Below are positions 34,773-45,318 of a DNA stretch of 64,000 bases, piece by piece. The number at the start of each line of letters is the position of its first letter. The first letter of the stretch is position 1. Source of the stretch: a virus (lineage: Duplodnaviria; Caudoviricetes); IMG/VR virus record IMGVR_UViG_3300032321_002024, positions 198,604 to 262,603 of that record; one strand, 5' to 3'. The notes below the pieces were generated by a model, which worked only from the letters and a program-made list of their open reading frames with translations, was not told the DNA's origin and searched no databases. The position numbers and the translations under genes are program-made.

Positions 34773-35975
34773 ATGAGAAAACAATGGACTAAAGAAGAAT
34801 TAATAGATTTTGAAAATAGGATTGGTGATTTATATATGGATAATAAATTACCATTTCTTTTCCACCTATCTGGTGGTAATGAAGATCAACTAATTGAAAT
34901 TTTCAAAAATATAAAAGAAGGTGATTATGTTATTTCTAATCATAGAAGTCATTATCACGCACTACTTCATGGTATTCCACCAGAAACAGTAGAAGATAGA
35001 ATTCTTAATGGTAGAAGTATGTTTATCTATGATAGAGAAAGAAATTTCTTTTGTTCTGCAATAATTGGTGGAACTCCTGCAATTGCTGCTGGAATAGCAT
35101 GGGCTCTTAAAAGAAAAGGGTCTGATAAAAAAGTTTGGTGTTTTATAGGTGATGGGACTGAAGATTCTGGTCATACTTATGAAGCTGTAAGATATGTTGA
35201 TGGTTTTGATTTACCTTGTACTTTTGTTATTGAAAATAATAATCGTTCTGTTGAATCTACAAATGATGAGAGATGGGGTAAAACGGCAGAGTATGAATGG
35301 AATTCACCATCTGTTTTAAAATATCATTATGAAATAACATATCCACATGCTAGAAAACCAGGTATGATTGATTTGTCTAAAACAAAAGTAAAAACAGATG
35401 AAGAATATTTTCCATTATTGAAGAAATTTGAATATCCAGAGTATGAAGAATTAGACGATATGAGTATTTCATATAAAGACGCTGTTCATCAAATGATGAC
35501 TGAGTTTGGTGAGGATGGAATGATTTTCATTGGATACAATGTTGCGAAAGGTGATGCTATGGGAACACTCAAAAATGTTCCAATGGATCAAAAATTAGAA
35601 ACACCAGTGGCTGAGAATCTTATGTCTGGATTAGCAATAGGTATGTCTTTTGAAGGATTTAAACCCGTATTATATTTTGAAAGACATGATTTTATGTTAG
35701 TCGCTATGGATGCTATTGGTAATCATATAGATAAAATAGAGAGAATTTCACATGGTGAATTCAAAGTACCAGTGATTATTAGAGCTATTGAAGCTTTCGG
35801 TGGACCATTTTATTCTGGGCCAACTCATCATCAAGATTTTACAAATCTTTTAAAAGAAGTAGTTGATTTTCCTGTTATCGATCCGGTTACTGGTGTTGAT
35901 GTTTTAAAAGCATTTAAGGGAGCTAAAGAAAGTGGAAGACCTGCTATTATAATTGAAAGAAAATCAAGATATTAA
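34773..35975 (+). CDS. Fused TPP-dependent enzyme (E1 alpha/beta, transketolase-like)
   Basis: FIGDG...ENNN TPP motif; ETPVAENLMSGLAIG pyrimidine-binding domain. Confidence 0.85.
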   Translation: MRKQWTKEELIDFENRIGDLYMDNKLPFLFHLSGGNEDQLIEIFKNIKEGDYVISNHRSHYHALLHGIPPETVEDRILNGRSMFIYDRERNFFCSAIIGGTPAIAAGIAWALKRKGSDKKVWCFIGDGTEDSGHTYEAVRYVDGFDLPCTFVIENNNRSVESTNDERWGKTAEYEWNSPSVLKYHYEITYPHARKPGMIDLSKTKVKTDEEYFPLLKKFEYPEYEELDDMSISYKDAVHQMMTEFGEDGMIFIGYNVAKGDAMGTLKNVPMDQKLETPVAENLMSGLAIGMSFEGFKPVLYFERHDFMLVAMDAIGNHIDKIERISHGEFKVPVIIRAIEAFGGPFYSGPTHHQDFTNLLKEVVDFPVIDPVTGVDVLKAFKGAKESGRPAIIIERKSRY

Positions 35976-35977
35976 TT

Positions 35978-36706
35978 ATGAGTAGAATATTAGTAATTGG
36001 TGAAAGTTGTAGAGATATATTTGTTTATTGTAATGCTGATCGATTATGTCCAGATGTTCCGGTTCCAGTTCTTAATGTTATAGACCAAAGTGAAAATCCA
36101 GGAATGGCTAAAAATGTTCAAAGAAATATAAAGTCATTGATGGGAAATTGTGATATATTGACCAATTTTAATTGGTATAACATAACTAAAACTCGATACG
36201 TTCATAAAAAAAGTAATCACACCTTTATTAGAGTTGACTCACCACATGATATTAGAAGAGTTAAAATAGAAGAAATTAATTTTGATTATGATATAATTGT
36301 TATTTCTGACTATAATAAAGGATTTCTTACAGAATCTGATATAGAATTTATATGTTCTAAACATGATTGTGTCTTTATAGACACCAAAAAAATATTAGGA
36401 CCATGGGCTGAAAAAGCAAAGTTTATAAAAATAAATGATTTTGAATTTAATAATTCAAAAAGTTATTTAACTGATATATTAAAAAGTAAGATTATTCACA
36501 CTGATGGTGCTAACGGTTCTAATTATAAATCTATAAACTATCCAGTTAAAAGAGTAGAAGTAAAAGATTCTTCCGGGGCCGGTGATGCATTTATAGCCGC
36601 TTTAGTTTCTGAGTATCACAAAACAAAAGATATAATAAAATCTATAAAATTTGCTAATAAATGTGCATCTAAAGTTGTTACCGAGGTTGGAGTAACAACT
36701 ATATAA
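35978..36706 (+). CDS. PfkB/HldE-type sugar kinase
   Basis: RLCPDVPVPV, ISDYNKG, DSSGAGDAF. Confidence 0.85.
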   Translation: MSRILVIGESCRDIFVYCNADRLCPDVPVPVLNVIDQSENPGMAKNVQRNIKSLMGNCDILTNFNWYNITKTRYVHKKSNHTFIRVDSPHDIRRVKIEEINFDYDIIVISDYNKGFLTESDIEFICSKHDCVFIDTKKILGPWAEKAKFIKINDFEFNNSKSYLTDILKSKIIHTDGANGSNYKSINYPVKRVEVKDSSGAGDAFIAALVSEYHKTKDIIKSIKFANKCASKVVTEVGVTTI

Positions 36707-36719
36707 ATTAAAAAATAAT

Positions 36720-37391
36720 ATGAATAAACTATCAAAATCAATATACCAAACTTGGTATACTAAAGTTTTACCAGAACCTATACAAAAAAGTATAGATAAG
36801 ATGTTAGAACTTAATCCAGAATATGAGTATCATTTATATGGTGATGATGAGATGTTAAATTTTGTTCATGATAACTATCCAGGAGAAATATCTACAGCAT
36901 TTGATACTATCAAAATAGGAGCAATGAAAGCTGACTTATGGAGATATTTAGTTTTATATAAATTTGGAGGAGTTTATTTGGATATAGACTCAGAGATATA
37001 TTCAGATCTTTCAAACTTAATAGTGGATGATTGTGCTGTAATTACAAGAGAAAATAATCCTAACCTGTTTGTACAATGGATGCTTATTTTTCCAGCAAAT
37101 CATGAACTATTAAAAATATGTATAGATAAATGTATTTGGAATATTATGAATATTAAAGATGATGTAGCTAAAGTAACAGGTCCATATGTGTATAGTGATT
37201 CAATAAGAGAATACTTAGAGGATAATAATGTTTATAATAAAACAGATGACGAGATTAATAGAACAAGCATTGAAAAAAAATTAAAAATATTTTCACATGA
37301 TTATAATGGATATGCAAGCTATTATCATGCTGATAGGCATTTACTTTATGTTAATAAAACATATTGGAGAGACGAGCAAAATAATTATTAA
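36720..37391 (+). CDS. GT32 (DxD) glycosyltransferase
   Basis: IYQTW, ADLWRYLVLYKFGGVYLDID, TGP. Confidence 0.88.
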   Translation: MNKLSKSIYQTWYTKVLPEPIQKSIDKMLELNPEYEYHLYGDDEMLNFVHDNYPGEISTAFDTIKIGAMKADLWRYLVLYKFGGVYLDIDSEIYSDLSNLIVDDCAVITRENNPNLFVQWMLIFPANHELLKICIDKCIWNIMNIKDDVAKVTGPYVYSDSIREYLEDNNVYNKTDDEINRTSIEKKLKIFSHDYNGYASYYHADRHLLYVNKTYWRDEQNNY

Positions 37392-37400
37392 AAAAGATTT

Positions 37401-38186
37401 ATGATGAATATTAAAAAAAGCGATTTAATAACAACTGATGGGTATTTATCATTTTGTAATGATAATAATATTACATATTTAAAAACTGATTATTTTTATA
37501 CAGGTCCTTTTATTTGGAGAGGTAATTTGCATCCTGATAAAGAAATAAAAAACATTTGTGTTGTAGGTCATTCTGATTATCCGGTTGTTGATAAAATATC
37601 AGAAATGTTTAAGTATGTATTTTGTGTTAATAGAGTAACTGATTGTGATAATACATTTGGAATTCCATTGGGTATAAGTAATGATACCGATGAATCACCT
37701 GCTCATAGAATATGTGGTAATAAAGATGTATTTATCGATGTTATTAATACTGATATTAATAAAGAAAATTTAGCTTATATAAATTTCACAGTATCTACTT
37801 TTATTAGTGAAAGAAAATTAGTATTTGATATGTTTTCTGATAAAAATTGGGTTAAAGTTGGTGATATGCAAACAACATGGGAAGGTAATAAAAAATATCT
37901 TATGGATATAAAGTCTTCTAAATTTGTATTTTGTCCAAGAGGAAATGGTGTAGATACACATAGATTATGGGAGTCGTTATATATGGGTAGTATACCAATT
38001 GTTAAATATGAAAATACACACCATTTATTTACAGATTTGCCCATTCTCTTTATAAAAGAATGGAGTGAAATAAATGAAGACTTTTTAAATGGAAAGTACG
38101 AAGAAATAATAAATAAAAAGTGGAATCTAGATAAACTTAAAATAAGTTATTGGGAAAATTTAATTAAAGAAAAAGTAAGTTTGTAA
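37401..38186 (+). CDS. Exostosin/GT47-like glycosyltransferase
   Basis: SKFVFCPRGNGVDTHRLWESLYMGSIPIV. Confidence 0.8.
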   Translation: MMNIKKSDLITTDGYLSFCNDNNITYLKTDYFYTGPFIWRGNLHPDKEIKNICVVGHSDYPVVDKISEMFKYVFCVNRVTDCDNTFGIPLGISNDTDESPAHRICGNKDVFIDVINTDINKENLAYINFTVSTFISERKLVFDMFSDKNWVKVGDMQTTWEGNKKYLMDIKSSKFVFCPRGNGVDTHRLWESLYMGSIPIVKYENTHHLFTDLPILFIKEWSEINEDFLNGKYEEIINKKWNLDKLKISYWENLIKEKVSL

Positions 38187-38984
38187 TTGAAGCTTACTAA
38201 AAAAAAAAATAAAATTATGGAGTCAACCTTACAAGTAGAATTTGAAGAAATTAAAAAATTAAAAAGTAAATATTTTATTGATATTGGTGCTTCCTGTTCA
38301 AGCGAAGCCTCTCAGTCTGAGAAATTACTAGAACACGGATGGTCAGGATTAATGTTTGAATGTGATCCTTCTAAATATCCAATACAAATAGAAAAAATGA
38401 AAAATGAAAGTGTATCCGTTTTAACTACAAAAGTAAACCCAGATAATATATTACAAATTTTAGAAGAAAATAATGTACCTGATGGATTTTATTTATCATT
38501 GGATATAGATGGATATGACTTTTTTGTTCTTGAAAAAATACTAACTAAATACAAACCGGAATTGATAATAAGTGAGATAAATGAAAAAATACCACCTCCC
38601 ATAAAATTTACAGTTAATTATGACAATGATTACTTTTGGGATTGTAGTCATTATTTTGGATATTCAATATCTATGTTAGAAGATTTATTAGATAAATATA
38701 ATTATAAAATAAAAAGATTGGATTGGAATAATGTTGTTTTAGTACCTGGTAATCAAGAAGAGAGTATTTCTGATATCTATAATGAGGGGTATCTAAATAG
38801 ACCTGGAAGAAATAATATATTTTATTATAATTCAGATTTTGAAGTTGTTTATAACATGTCAAAAGAAGACCAAATTAAATTTATAGATAGTAAATTTTCA
38901 CCATTTGTAAATGAAAGACAATTATATTCTGGTCGTCAATTAGATGGTAGAGAAATTACATATAGAAACTACACATTGAAATAA
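38187..38984 (+). CDS. FkbM-like methyltransferase
   Basis: FIDIGA, LSLDIDGYDFFV. Confidence 0.7.
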   Translation: MKLTKKKNKIMESTLQVEFEEIKKLKSKYFIDIGASCSSEASQSEKLLEHGWSGLMFECDPSKYPIQIEKMKNESVSVLTTKVNPDNILQILEENNVPDGFYLSLDIDGYDFFVLEKILTKYKPELIISEINEKIPPPIKFTVNYDNDYFWDCSHYFGYSISMLEDLLDKYNYKIKRLDWNNVVLVPGNQEESISDIYNEGYLNRPGRNNIFYYNSDFEVVYNMSKEDQIKFIDSKFSPFVNERQLYSGRQLDGREITYRNYTLK

Positions 38985-39760
38985 TGAGTATAGATAATTT
39001 GGGAATAGGTATTATGTCTTCTGTTAACTTCAAAGAAAGATACACAGCTTGTAAACTAACTTGGTCAAAAGATTTTGATAATGTTTATATTTTTGGAGGA
39101 CACAAAGCTAACGAAATTGATAATAATTTAATATCAATTGAAGGAGCCGGAGAAGATTGGGAAAGTTGTTTTCTTAAACAACAACTTGGTCTAAAACACA
39201 TGTATGAAAATAATCCAAATTATGATTGGTATAGTATAAGTGGATGTGATAATGTATTATTTAAAAATAAACTAATTGAAGAGTTAAAAAAATATAATTC
39301 AAATGAAGATTTTTTGATTTCTCAAAAGTGTGGCATCTGGACTGATAATCCATATTTACACGAATGTGGCGTTGAAAATGATAATAGTTTTTTTGCTATT
39401 GCAGGTGGTGCGAGTTTTTTTGTTAGCAACTCACTTATGAAAAAGTGTTACACAATAATAGATGAATTTAATAATTATTGGACTGAGATATCAAAATCTG
39501 GACCAAGTTGGTTATATGGTTGCGCAGATGTTGCTTTTTCTTTAATGGTTAATAAATATTTTAACATAAAGGTTACGGAAAATAAATACATGTTTGGTCA
39601 AAATCCATCACACTATAAAGATATTATAGATAACGAAAATTCTTCAGACAGAATACATTTTAGCGATTTGAATGATTTATCAAATAGAATATCCACTCCG
39701 ATAAGTTTTCATTACATAAAGCCAAATGAAATGGAAGAAATATATAAAAAATATAAATAA
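38984..39760 (+). CDS. Fringe/GT31-like glycosyltransferase
   Basis: TWSK, DWY..CDN, GGASF, DVAFS, PISFHY. Confidence 0.65.
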   Translation: MSIDNLGIGIMSSVNFKERYTACKLTWSKDFDNVYIFGGHKANEIDNNLISIEGAGEDWESCFLKQQLGLKHMYENNPNYDWYSISGCDNVLFKNKLIEELKKYNSNEDFLISQKCGIWTDNPYLHECGVENDNSFFAIAGGASFFVSNSLMKKCYTIIDEFNNYWTEISKSGPSWLYGCADVAFSLMVNKYFNIKVTENKYMFGQNPSHYKDIIDNENSSDRIHFSDLNDLSNRISTPISFHYIKPNEMEEIYKKYK

Positions 39761-39764
39761 TAAT

Positions 39765-40409
39765 ATGATAAAATTACATTATGGTGGAACAGACCATTAC
39801 TTTAATAAAGAGGATATACTTACACCTGGTAAACACTATGAGTCATTATGTAGTATACCATCTGATATAAATGAACACTTACCAACATTAAAAAAGTATG
39901 CTAGTCAATGTAAAAAAGTTACTGAAATGGGAGTTAGATTTGCTTGTTCAACTTGGTCTTTTTTAGAAGCCAAACCAGAAAAAATAACATGTTATGATAT
40001 TAAATATGATTACTTTAAACCTTCCGAGGATTTAATAAATAAAATGTGTGAAAAATATAAAATAAGTTTTGAATTTCTAACTGGAGATACATTGAATATA
40101 GAAATAGAAAATACAGATTTATTATTTATTGATACTTTACATACATATGACCAATTAACTGGTGAATTAACACTGCACTCTAAAAATGTAAATAAATGGA
40201 TTATTCTTCATGACACAACACTATTCGGGGATAGAGATGAGTATATATATGAACATGCATCAGATTTAATTAAAAATAAAGAAAAAAGTAAAGAAGGATT
40301 AAATAACGCAATTAATGATTTTATATCAAAAAATCAAGATTGGATTGTAAAAGAAGTTTACACAAACTGTAATGGTCTTACCGTCTTAGAAAGAAATAAA
40401 AATATATGA
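39765..40409 (+). CDS. Class I SAM-dependent methyltransferase (ORF track starts at 39726)
   Basis: SDINEHL, EMGVR, DLLFIDTLHTY, ILHDT, NGL. Confidence 0.8.
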   Translation: MIKLHYGGTDHYFNKEDILTPGKHYESLCSIPSDINEHLPTLKKYASQCKKVTEMGVRFACSTWSFLEAKPEKITCYDIKYDYFKPSEDLINKMCEKYKISFEFLTGDTLNIEIENTDLLFIDTLHTYDQLTGELTLHSKNVNKWIILHDTTLFGDRDEYIYEHASDLIKNKEKSKEGLNNAINDFISKNQDWIVKEVYTNCNGLTVLERNKNI

Positions 40410-41398
40410 AAACAATATTAATAACAGGAGTTGCTGGTCTTTTAGGTAATAATTTACTAAGGCACTTACTAAACAAAGATTATAATATAATAGGAATAGA
40501 TAATTTATTTGGTGGATACAAAGAATTTTTACCAAAAAATGATAGATTCAAATTCTATGAGATTGATTTAATTGATAATCAAATTTTATCTAACGTATTC
40601 AATGAAAATAAAATTGATGCTGTTTTTCATTTTGCTGCCTACGCCGCTGAAGGTTTGTCTCCGTTTATTAGAAGATTTAACTATGAGAATAATGTTATAT
40701 GTTCTGTTAATATAATTAACGAGTGTGTTAAACATGATTGTAAATTAATATTTACCTCTTCAATGGCGGTTTATGGTAATCAAAAGTCCCCATTCATTGA
40801 AGAAATGTTGCCTATTCCAGTTGATCCATATGGAATTGCTAAATATGCAGTTGAGATGGATATAAAACTAGCGAATGAACAATTTGGATTGAGATATAAT
40901 ATAGTTAGACCACATAATGTGTTGGGAATATATCAAAATATCTGGGATAAATATAGGAATGTCATTGGAATATTCATTAGAAATGTGTTAAATAATGAAT
41001 CAATTTTAATTTATGGAGATGGTGAACAAACAAGAGCATTCTCCGATATTAAATATTATTTAGAACCATTTGAGAAATTAATTGATGAGTATGATAGTGA
41101 AATAATTAATATAGGAGCTGATAAGTATTTTACAATAAATGAAGTCGCTAATAAAGTATCCGAAATATCAAAAAAATATGGATATAATTCAACAATTAAA
41201 TATGTAGAACCAAGACATGAGGTAAAACATGCTTATTGTAATCATGATAAAGCTAAGACCTTATTAGATTTTAATGATGCGACTAATATTGATGAGCTTA
41301 TAGAAACTATGTTTATTTGCTATAAAGACATCCCAAATAAAGATGTTAAAAAAATAAACTATGAGATAGAAAAAAATATATACAGCTATTGGAAATAA
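40406..41398 (+). CDS. NAD-dependent epimerase/dehydratase
   Basis: ITGVAGLLG, TSSMAVYG, PYGIAK. Confidence 0.92.
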   Translation: MKTILITGVAGLLGNNLLRHLLNKDYNIIGIDNLFGGYKEFLPKNDRFKFYEIDLIDNQILSNVFNENKIDAVFHFAAYAAEGLSPFIRRFNYENNVICSVNIINECVKHDCKLIFTSSMAVYGNQKSPFIEEMLPIPVDPYGIAKYAVEMDIKLANEQFGLRYNIVRPHNVLGIYQNIWDKYRNVIGIFIRNVLNNESILIYGDGEQTRAFSDIKYYLEPFEKLIDEYDSEIINIGADKYFTINEVANKVSEISKKYGYNSTIKYVEPRHEVKHAYCNHDKAKTLLDFNDATNIDELIETMFICYKDIPNKDVKKINYEIEKNIYSYWK

Positions 41399-41480
41399 AA
41401 TGAATTCTATTAAAAAATGAAATATTCATTTTTTTTTGAATGAAATAAATATAATCTAAAAATAAAAAGACTAAATACAA

Positions 41481-42146
41481 ATGAAATATACTCTAGAACA
41501 ACTAATTAATCATGTTAATCAATCCATTGATAATTCTAATAACAAAATATCAAAATTAACACCTGATATACTATCATTGGAGGGCATGTCTGGTCATAAA
41601 ACTAGACACTTATATAATAACATATGTAGTTTAGAAGGTGCTAATTATTTAGAAATAGGAACTTGGAAAGGTTCCAGTTTTATATCAGCATTTTATAATA
41701 ATGAAATAAATTCAATAGTTATTGATAATTGGGCTGAATTTAATGGACCAAAAAATGAATTTATATCAAATGTTAACAAATTCTGTCCTAATAAAGATTT
41801 TAACTTTATTGAGAAGGATTGTTTCAAAGTTACAGATGATGAGATAAAATCTATATATGATAGTATTGATATTTATTTATATGATGGTAATCATGAATAT
41901 GAATCTCAAAGAAAGGCTATCACATATTATAAACATTTATTTTCAAAATATGTGATAATAATAGTAGATGATTTTAGAAGTGATACACCAGCATGGGCAA
42001 ATATTAAAAAAGGAACACTCGATGGTATAGAAGAATCTGGATTGATAATTCATCATCAAGTTGAAATAATAACACATCAAGAAAGTACGGGTCCTTCTGA
42101 ATATTGGAATGGTTTTGGATTGTTTATTTGTGAAAAATTAGATTAG
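41481..42146 (+). CDS. Class I SAM-dependent methyltransferase
   Basis: YLEIGTWKGSS, YLYDGNH, IVDD. Confidence 0.82.
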   Translation: MKYTLEQLINHVNQSIDNSNNKISKLTPDILSLEGMSGHKTRHLYNNICSLEGANYLEIGTWKGSSFISAFYNNEINSIVIDNWAEFNGPKNEFISNVNKFCPNKDFNFIEKDCFKVTDDEIKSIYDSIDIYLYDGNHEYESQRKAITYYKHLFSKYVIIIVDDFRSDTPAWANIKKGTLDGIEESGLIIHHQVEIITHQESTGPSEYWNGFGLFICEKLD

Positions 42147-42742
42147 ATTCTCTGAATAATAGAAGGTAGTTCACCCAACTCAAGAACTTTACTCTGATTA
42201 AGAAGAAACTGAATATCGTAAAAGTTGAAGTGAAAAGTTATTGTAAAATCTTTTGATGAAACCTTTTGTAAAGAGTAATTAAATGTGTTCTCGGACATCG
42301 CCTTCAATATTATTTCATAAAATCTAATTACATATATTGCATCTCTGTGTATATCAACACAAGTAATTGTAAATGGATTAATAAAAGAGTTTTCTACATC
42401 TAAATAGTGTTTACTGATGATATCAAACATTAACCAGTAATTTAAATCCGAGTCAACACTTCTGAAAGTTACAGTCAAATCGTGAGTTGTTGTAATATCT
42501 TGAATGTTTTTAGCTGGTTTAAATTGTCTTTCTTTACCTCTCATTGTTATTTGTTTTGGCATTTCAAATCCAATACCTGGAAAGTTCACTGATTTAATTG
42601 TTGAATTCAAATAAGCAATTACATCTTCATATTGAATCCAGTTTTTTTCTAAAATTGGACCATAAGAATCTATTGTCTCTGGTGGAAGAAAATCTGATGG
42701 TAAGTTAAAGATAAACTGACTGGCTTGACTACTTAATCTCAT
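42143..42742 (-). CDS. Tail-tube-fold structural protein (T4 gp19/gp3-like)
   Basis: SVNFPG...DLTVTF..D..NYW...FTITF pattern. Confidence 0.55.
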   Translation of the reverse strand: MRLSSQASQFIFNLPSDFLPPETIDSYGPILEKNWIQYEDVIAYLNSTIKSVNFPGIGFEMPKQITMRGKERQFKPAKNIQDITTTHDLTVTFRSVDSDLNYWLMFDIISKHYLDVENSFINPFTITCVDIHRDAIYVIRFYEIILKAMSENTFNYSLQKVSSKDFTITFHFNFYDIQFLLNQSKVLELGELPSIIQRI

Positions 42743-42756
42743 TTTTTATAATATTT

Positions 42757-44874
42757 TTATCCGGCAAATCCACCACCAACAGTGTTTACAGTAACAGTGT
42801 TTCCACCAACAGTGCCTCCGCCTTTTGGAGTAGGAGCGTTTCCTGTATTTGTATTAGTCGTAGTGTTAGTAGTGTTAGTAGTTGATGTAGCGTTGACTGT
42901 TGAATCTTGAACTGTTGTTGGATTTGCTATTCCATTTAACGCTGCTAGTGCTGCTTCTTTTTGTTTATCTAACTTAGCTTTTATAATTGATTCATTTTGT
43001 GTTTTCATGTTTTGTGAATCTGATAACTCATAAACTCCACTATAAATTTGAAATTCTTCACCATTTGAAAGACCAACTATTGAAAAGCTTCTATTTCCAG
43101 TATCATAAAACTTTCTTATATTAGGTTTATTAGATCGAGATATCGGAAAATAAACTTCTCCATTACTTAAAGAAGAGCTTGTATTCAAATTTTTGTGAAA
43201 TATTTTTTCAGAATCGGTCATGTTACCAAAAACCAACATTATCTCACTGAACAATGATAGGTTTTGTGGTTCAGGAACTCCATTATTTATTTTTTGAGCT
43301 ATAGAAAATTTCACTGGAGAAATTGTATCCGAAGTCATATCAATCAATATTAATGCTTGTCCTTGTGGGTCATACTCTGAGTTACCAGTTGATTGAGCAA
43401 CGACGTTCTTTTTATCATAGAATTGATATTGAACTTCAGTTGGTGGAGATATGGAGTTACCTATTGGGTTTGTTCCACCTGATAGATTTCTCATAATTTC
43501 ATTTGTTATCTTTTCTATTATTTTATTCATATCACTTTGACTATTTGAATTCAAACCAGCTCCACTACTTACATAGTCTTTTACGCCACTTGAAATTAAT
43601 CCAGTTAGTCTTGGATCAAATTGTGCAGATGATATACCTGTATCTGGTAATTTATCTTGAACAGGTTGAAGACCTTTATTTTTATTTTGAATGTTTTTAA
43701 TTCTATCCTCTATACCTTTAGTTTCAACTGGTCTATTAAGTTTCGTATTATATACCTTAGGCTTGTTGGCATTATTTAAATTTATCTTAATTAAATTTAA
43801 AGAGTATCTTGATACTTCATCTTGTAACATACCATAAGAAGCTCTTCTCATAATTGTGCTTTCACTCACAGCGTCAATTAATCTCATTTCCACGTCTATA
43901 ATTGCGGTTGTTGTTGATCCTTTTATAATTGGTCTAAACTCTATTGTTTCGTTAAAGTTATCTATTACTTCAGCTGTAATTGTTTTACCTCTTACGTTTT
44001 GTTCAAACATCGTTATACTGTATTGAACATAGTATCTGCTTCCAGCATTAAATGAATCATCTATGAATTGTTTAAATCCACTGATTGTTCCATTATAAGT
44101 TCCATAAATCTCAAAGAAATCACCATTTGATGAATGTTCAATTTTTAAACCTAAGTTTTCAAACTCAGGAGCTTGTGGAACACTTACTGAAACTTTTGGA
44201 TTTAAAAGATAACTTGTAACAGCATTAATTGTTTGAATATTGTTTATAAAATGAAAATCTATAAAAACTGGAGTGTTTAGGCTAAATCCAGAACCATTTG
44301 TTAAGTTAGCATTTAAACTACTTTCTTTTGGTCTGTTATTAACTCTCTGTGATGCTATTGCTGATACTGATGGAAATTCAATAGTTATATTTTTACCCCA
44401 TAGTTTCTCAGCAAATAAAAGCGGAGGAGATGTAAAGTTCATTATATAACCCTGTGCTGCATCAGTCATGTCAAAGTAAAAATTACTCAAATCATAACTA
44501 GTTTGATTTAACACATCGTAAGCAGATATCTTTACATAAAATCCTAAATATTCTCCAAATGTCCAGTTTATTGGTAAGTGAACTACTAATTTATCATGTC
44601 TTATAGGAGTTGAAGATGAATAACTTCTTAGTTGTAGAAAACTATATTGTGAAGTGTCGATTTTTCCATATTTATTGGAAACTTTATCTAAAACGAAAAG
44701 TGAATTATTTTGAGTATTGTTTGTTCCAGATGTGGATGTCGCTAAATAGGATTGTTTTCTATCTTTTGAATTGACTAAAACTTCATAAGATTCACCAATA
44801 TTATTATCATCATCGTAGATGTATTCTAAAAGAATGTTTTTATCTACTTTAACAAACTTTGATAGCTTTGCCAT
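42757..44874 (-). CDS. Large putative virion structural protein
   Basis: Beta-rich, Thr-rich tail; late motif at 44894-902; co-transcribed with the tail-tube-like gene. Confidence 0.55.
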   Translation of the reverse strand: MAKLSKFVKVDKNILLEYIYDDDNNIGESYEVLVNSKDRKQSYLATSTSGTNNTQNNSLFVLDKVSNKYGKIDTSQYSFLQLRSYSSSTPIRHDKLVVHLPINWTFGEYLGFYVKISAYDVLNQTSYDLSNFYFDMTDAAQGYIMNFTSPPLLFAEKLWGKNITIEFPSVSAIASQRVNNRPKESSLNANLTNGSGFSLNTPVFIDFHFINNIQTINAVTSYLLNPKVSVSVPQAPEFENLGLKIEHSSNGDFFEIYGTYNGTISGFKQFIDDSFNAGSRYYVQYSITMFEQNVRGKTITAEVIDNFNETIEFRPIIKGSTTTAIIDVEMRLIDAVSESTIMRRASYGMLQDEVSRYSLNLIKINLNNANKPKVYNTKLNRPVETKGIEDRIKNIQNKNKGLQPVQDKLPDTGISSAQFDPRLTGLISSGVKDYVSSGAGLNSNSQSDMNKIIEKITNEIMRNLSGGTNPIGNSISPPTEVQYQFYDKKNVVAQSTGNSEYDPQGQALILIDMTSDTISPVKFSIAQKINNGVPEPQNLSLFSEIMLVFGNMTDSEKIFHKNLNTSSSLSNGEVYFPISRSNKPNIRKFYDTGNRSFSIVGLSNGEEFQIYSGVYELSDSQNMKTQNESIIKAKLDKQKEAALAALNGIANPTTVQDSTVNATSTTNTTNTTTNTNTGNAPTPKGGGTVGGNTVTVNTVGGGFAG

Positions 44875-44919
44875 TTAGAGAATTATTTTGTAGTATATAT
44901 AAAAAAATAAACCTTTCTA

Positions 44920-45318
44920 TTAAGAAAGGTTCTCTTGTAAAAGTCTTTGTCTTACATATTCTACAATCTCTTCATCTGATAGATTTGGATATTTATTTTT
45001 AATATTTCTCCAGAGTTCTTGTTCTTCTAGTCCTAATCTTTCAATTTCTTTATTGAGTGGATCGATTAGAGATTCAACAGCTCTACCTTCTGATTCAATG
45101 TCTGTTAAAAGTTTTGTTAACTGAACAACAATAGCATCATTATTTGTTACCTTTTGATTTTCAGTTTCTTGTTGAATATTTTCTATTTTATTAACAATAT
45201 CCTCTAAATTCTCAATTACATCTTCAGCTTTTCTTTTGTAAAAGTTAAGATTATTTGTTAGTTTAAGATATTCTCTTCTAATCTTTATAGCTGCTTTGAT
45301 AAAAATTTCATCAATCAT
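44920..45318 (-). CDS. Coiled-coil hypothetical protein
   Basis: ORF. Confidence 0.7.
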   Translation of the reverse strand: MIDEIFIKAAIKIRREYLKLTNNLNFYKRKAEDVIENLEDIVNKIENIQQETENQKVTNNDAIVVQLTKLLTDIESEGRAVESLIDPLNKEIERLGLEEQELWRNIKNKYPNLSDEEIVEYVRQRLLQENLS

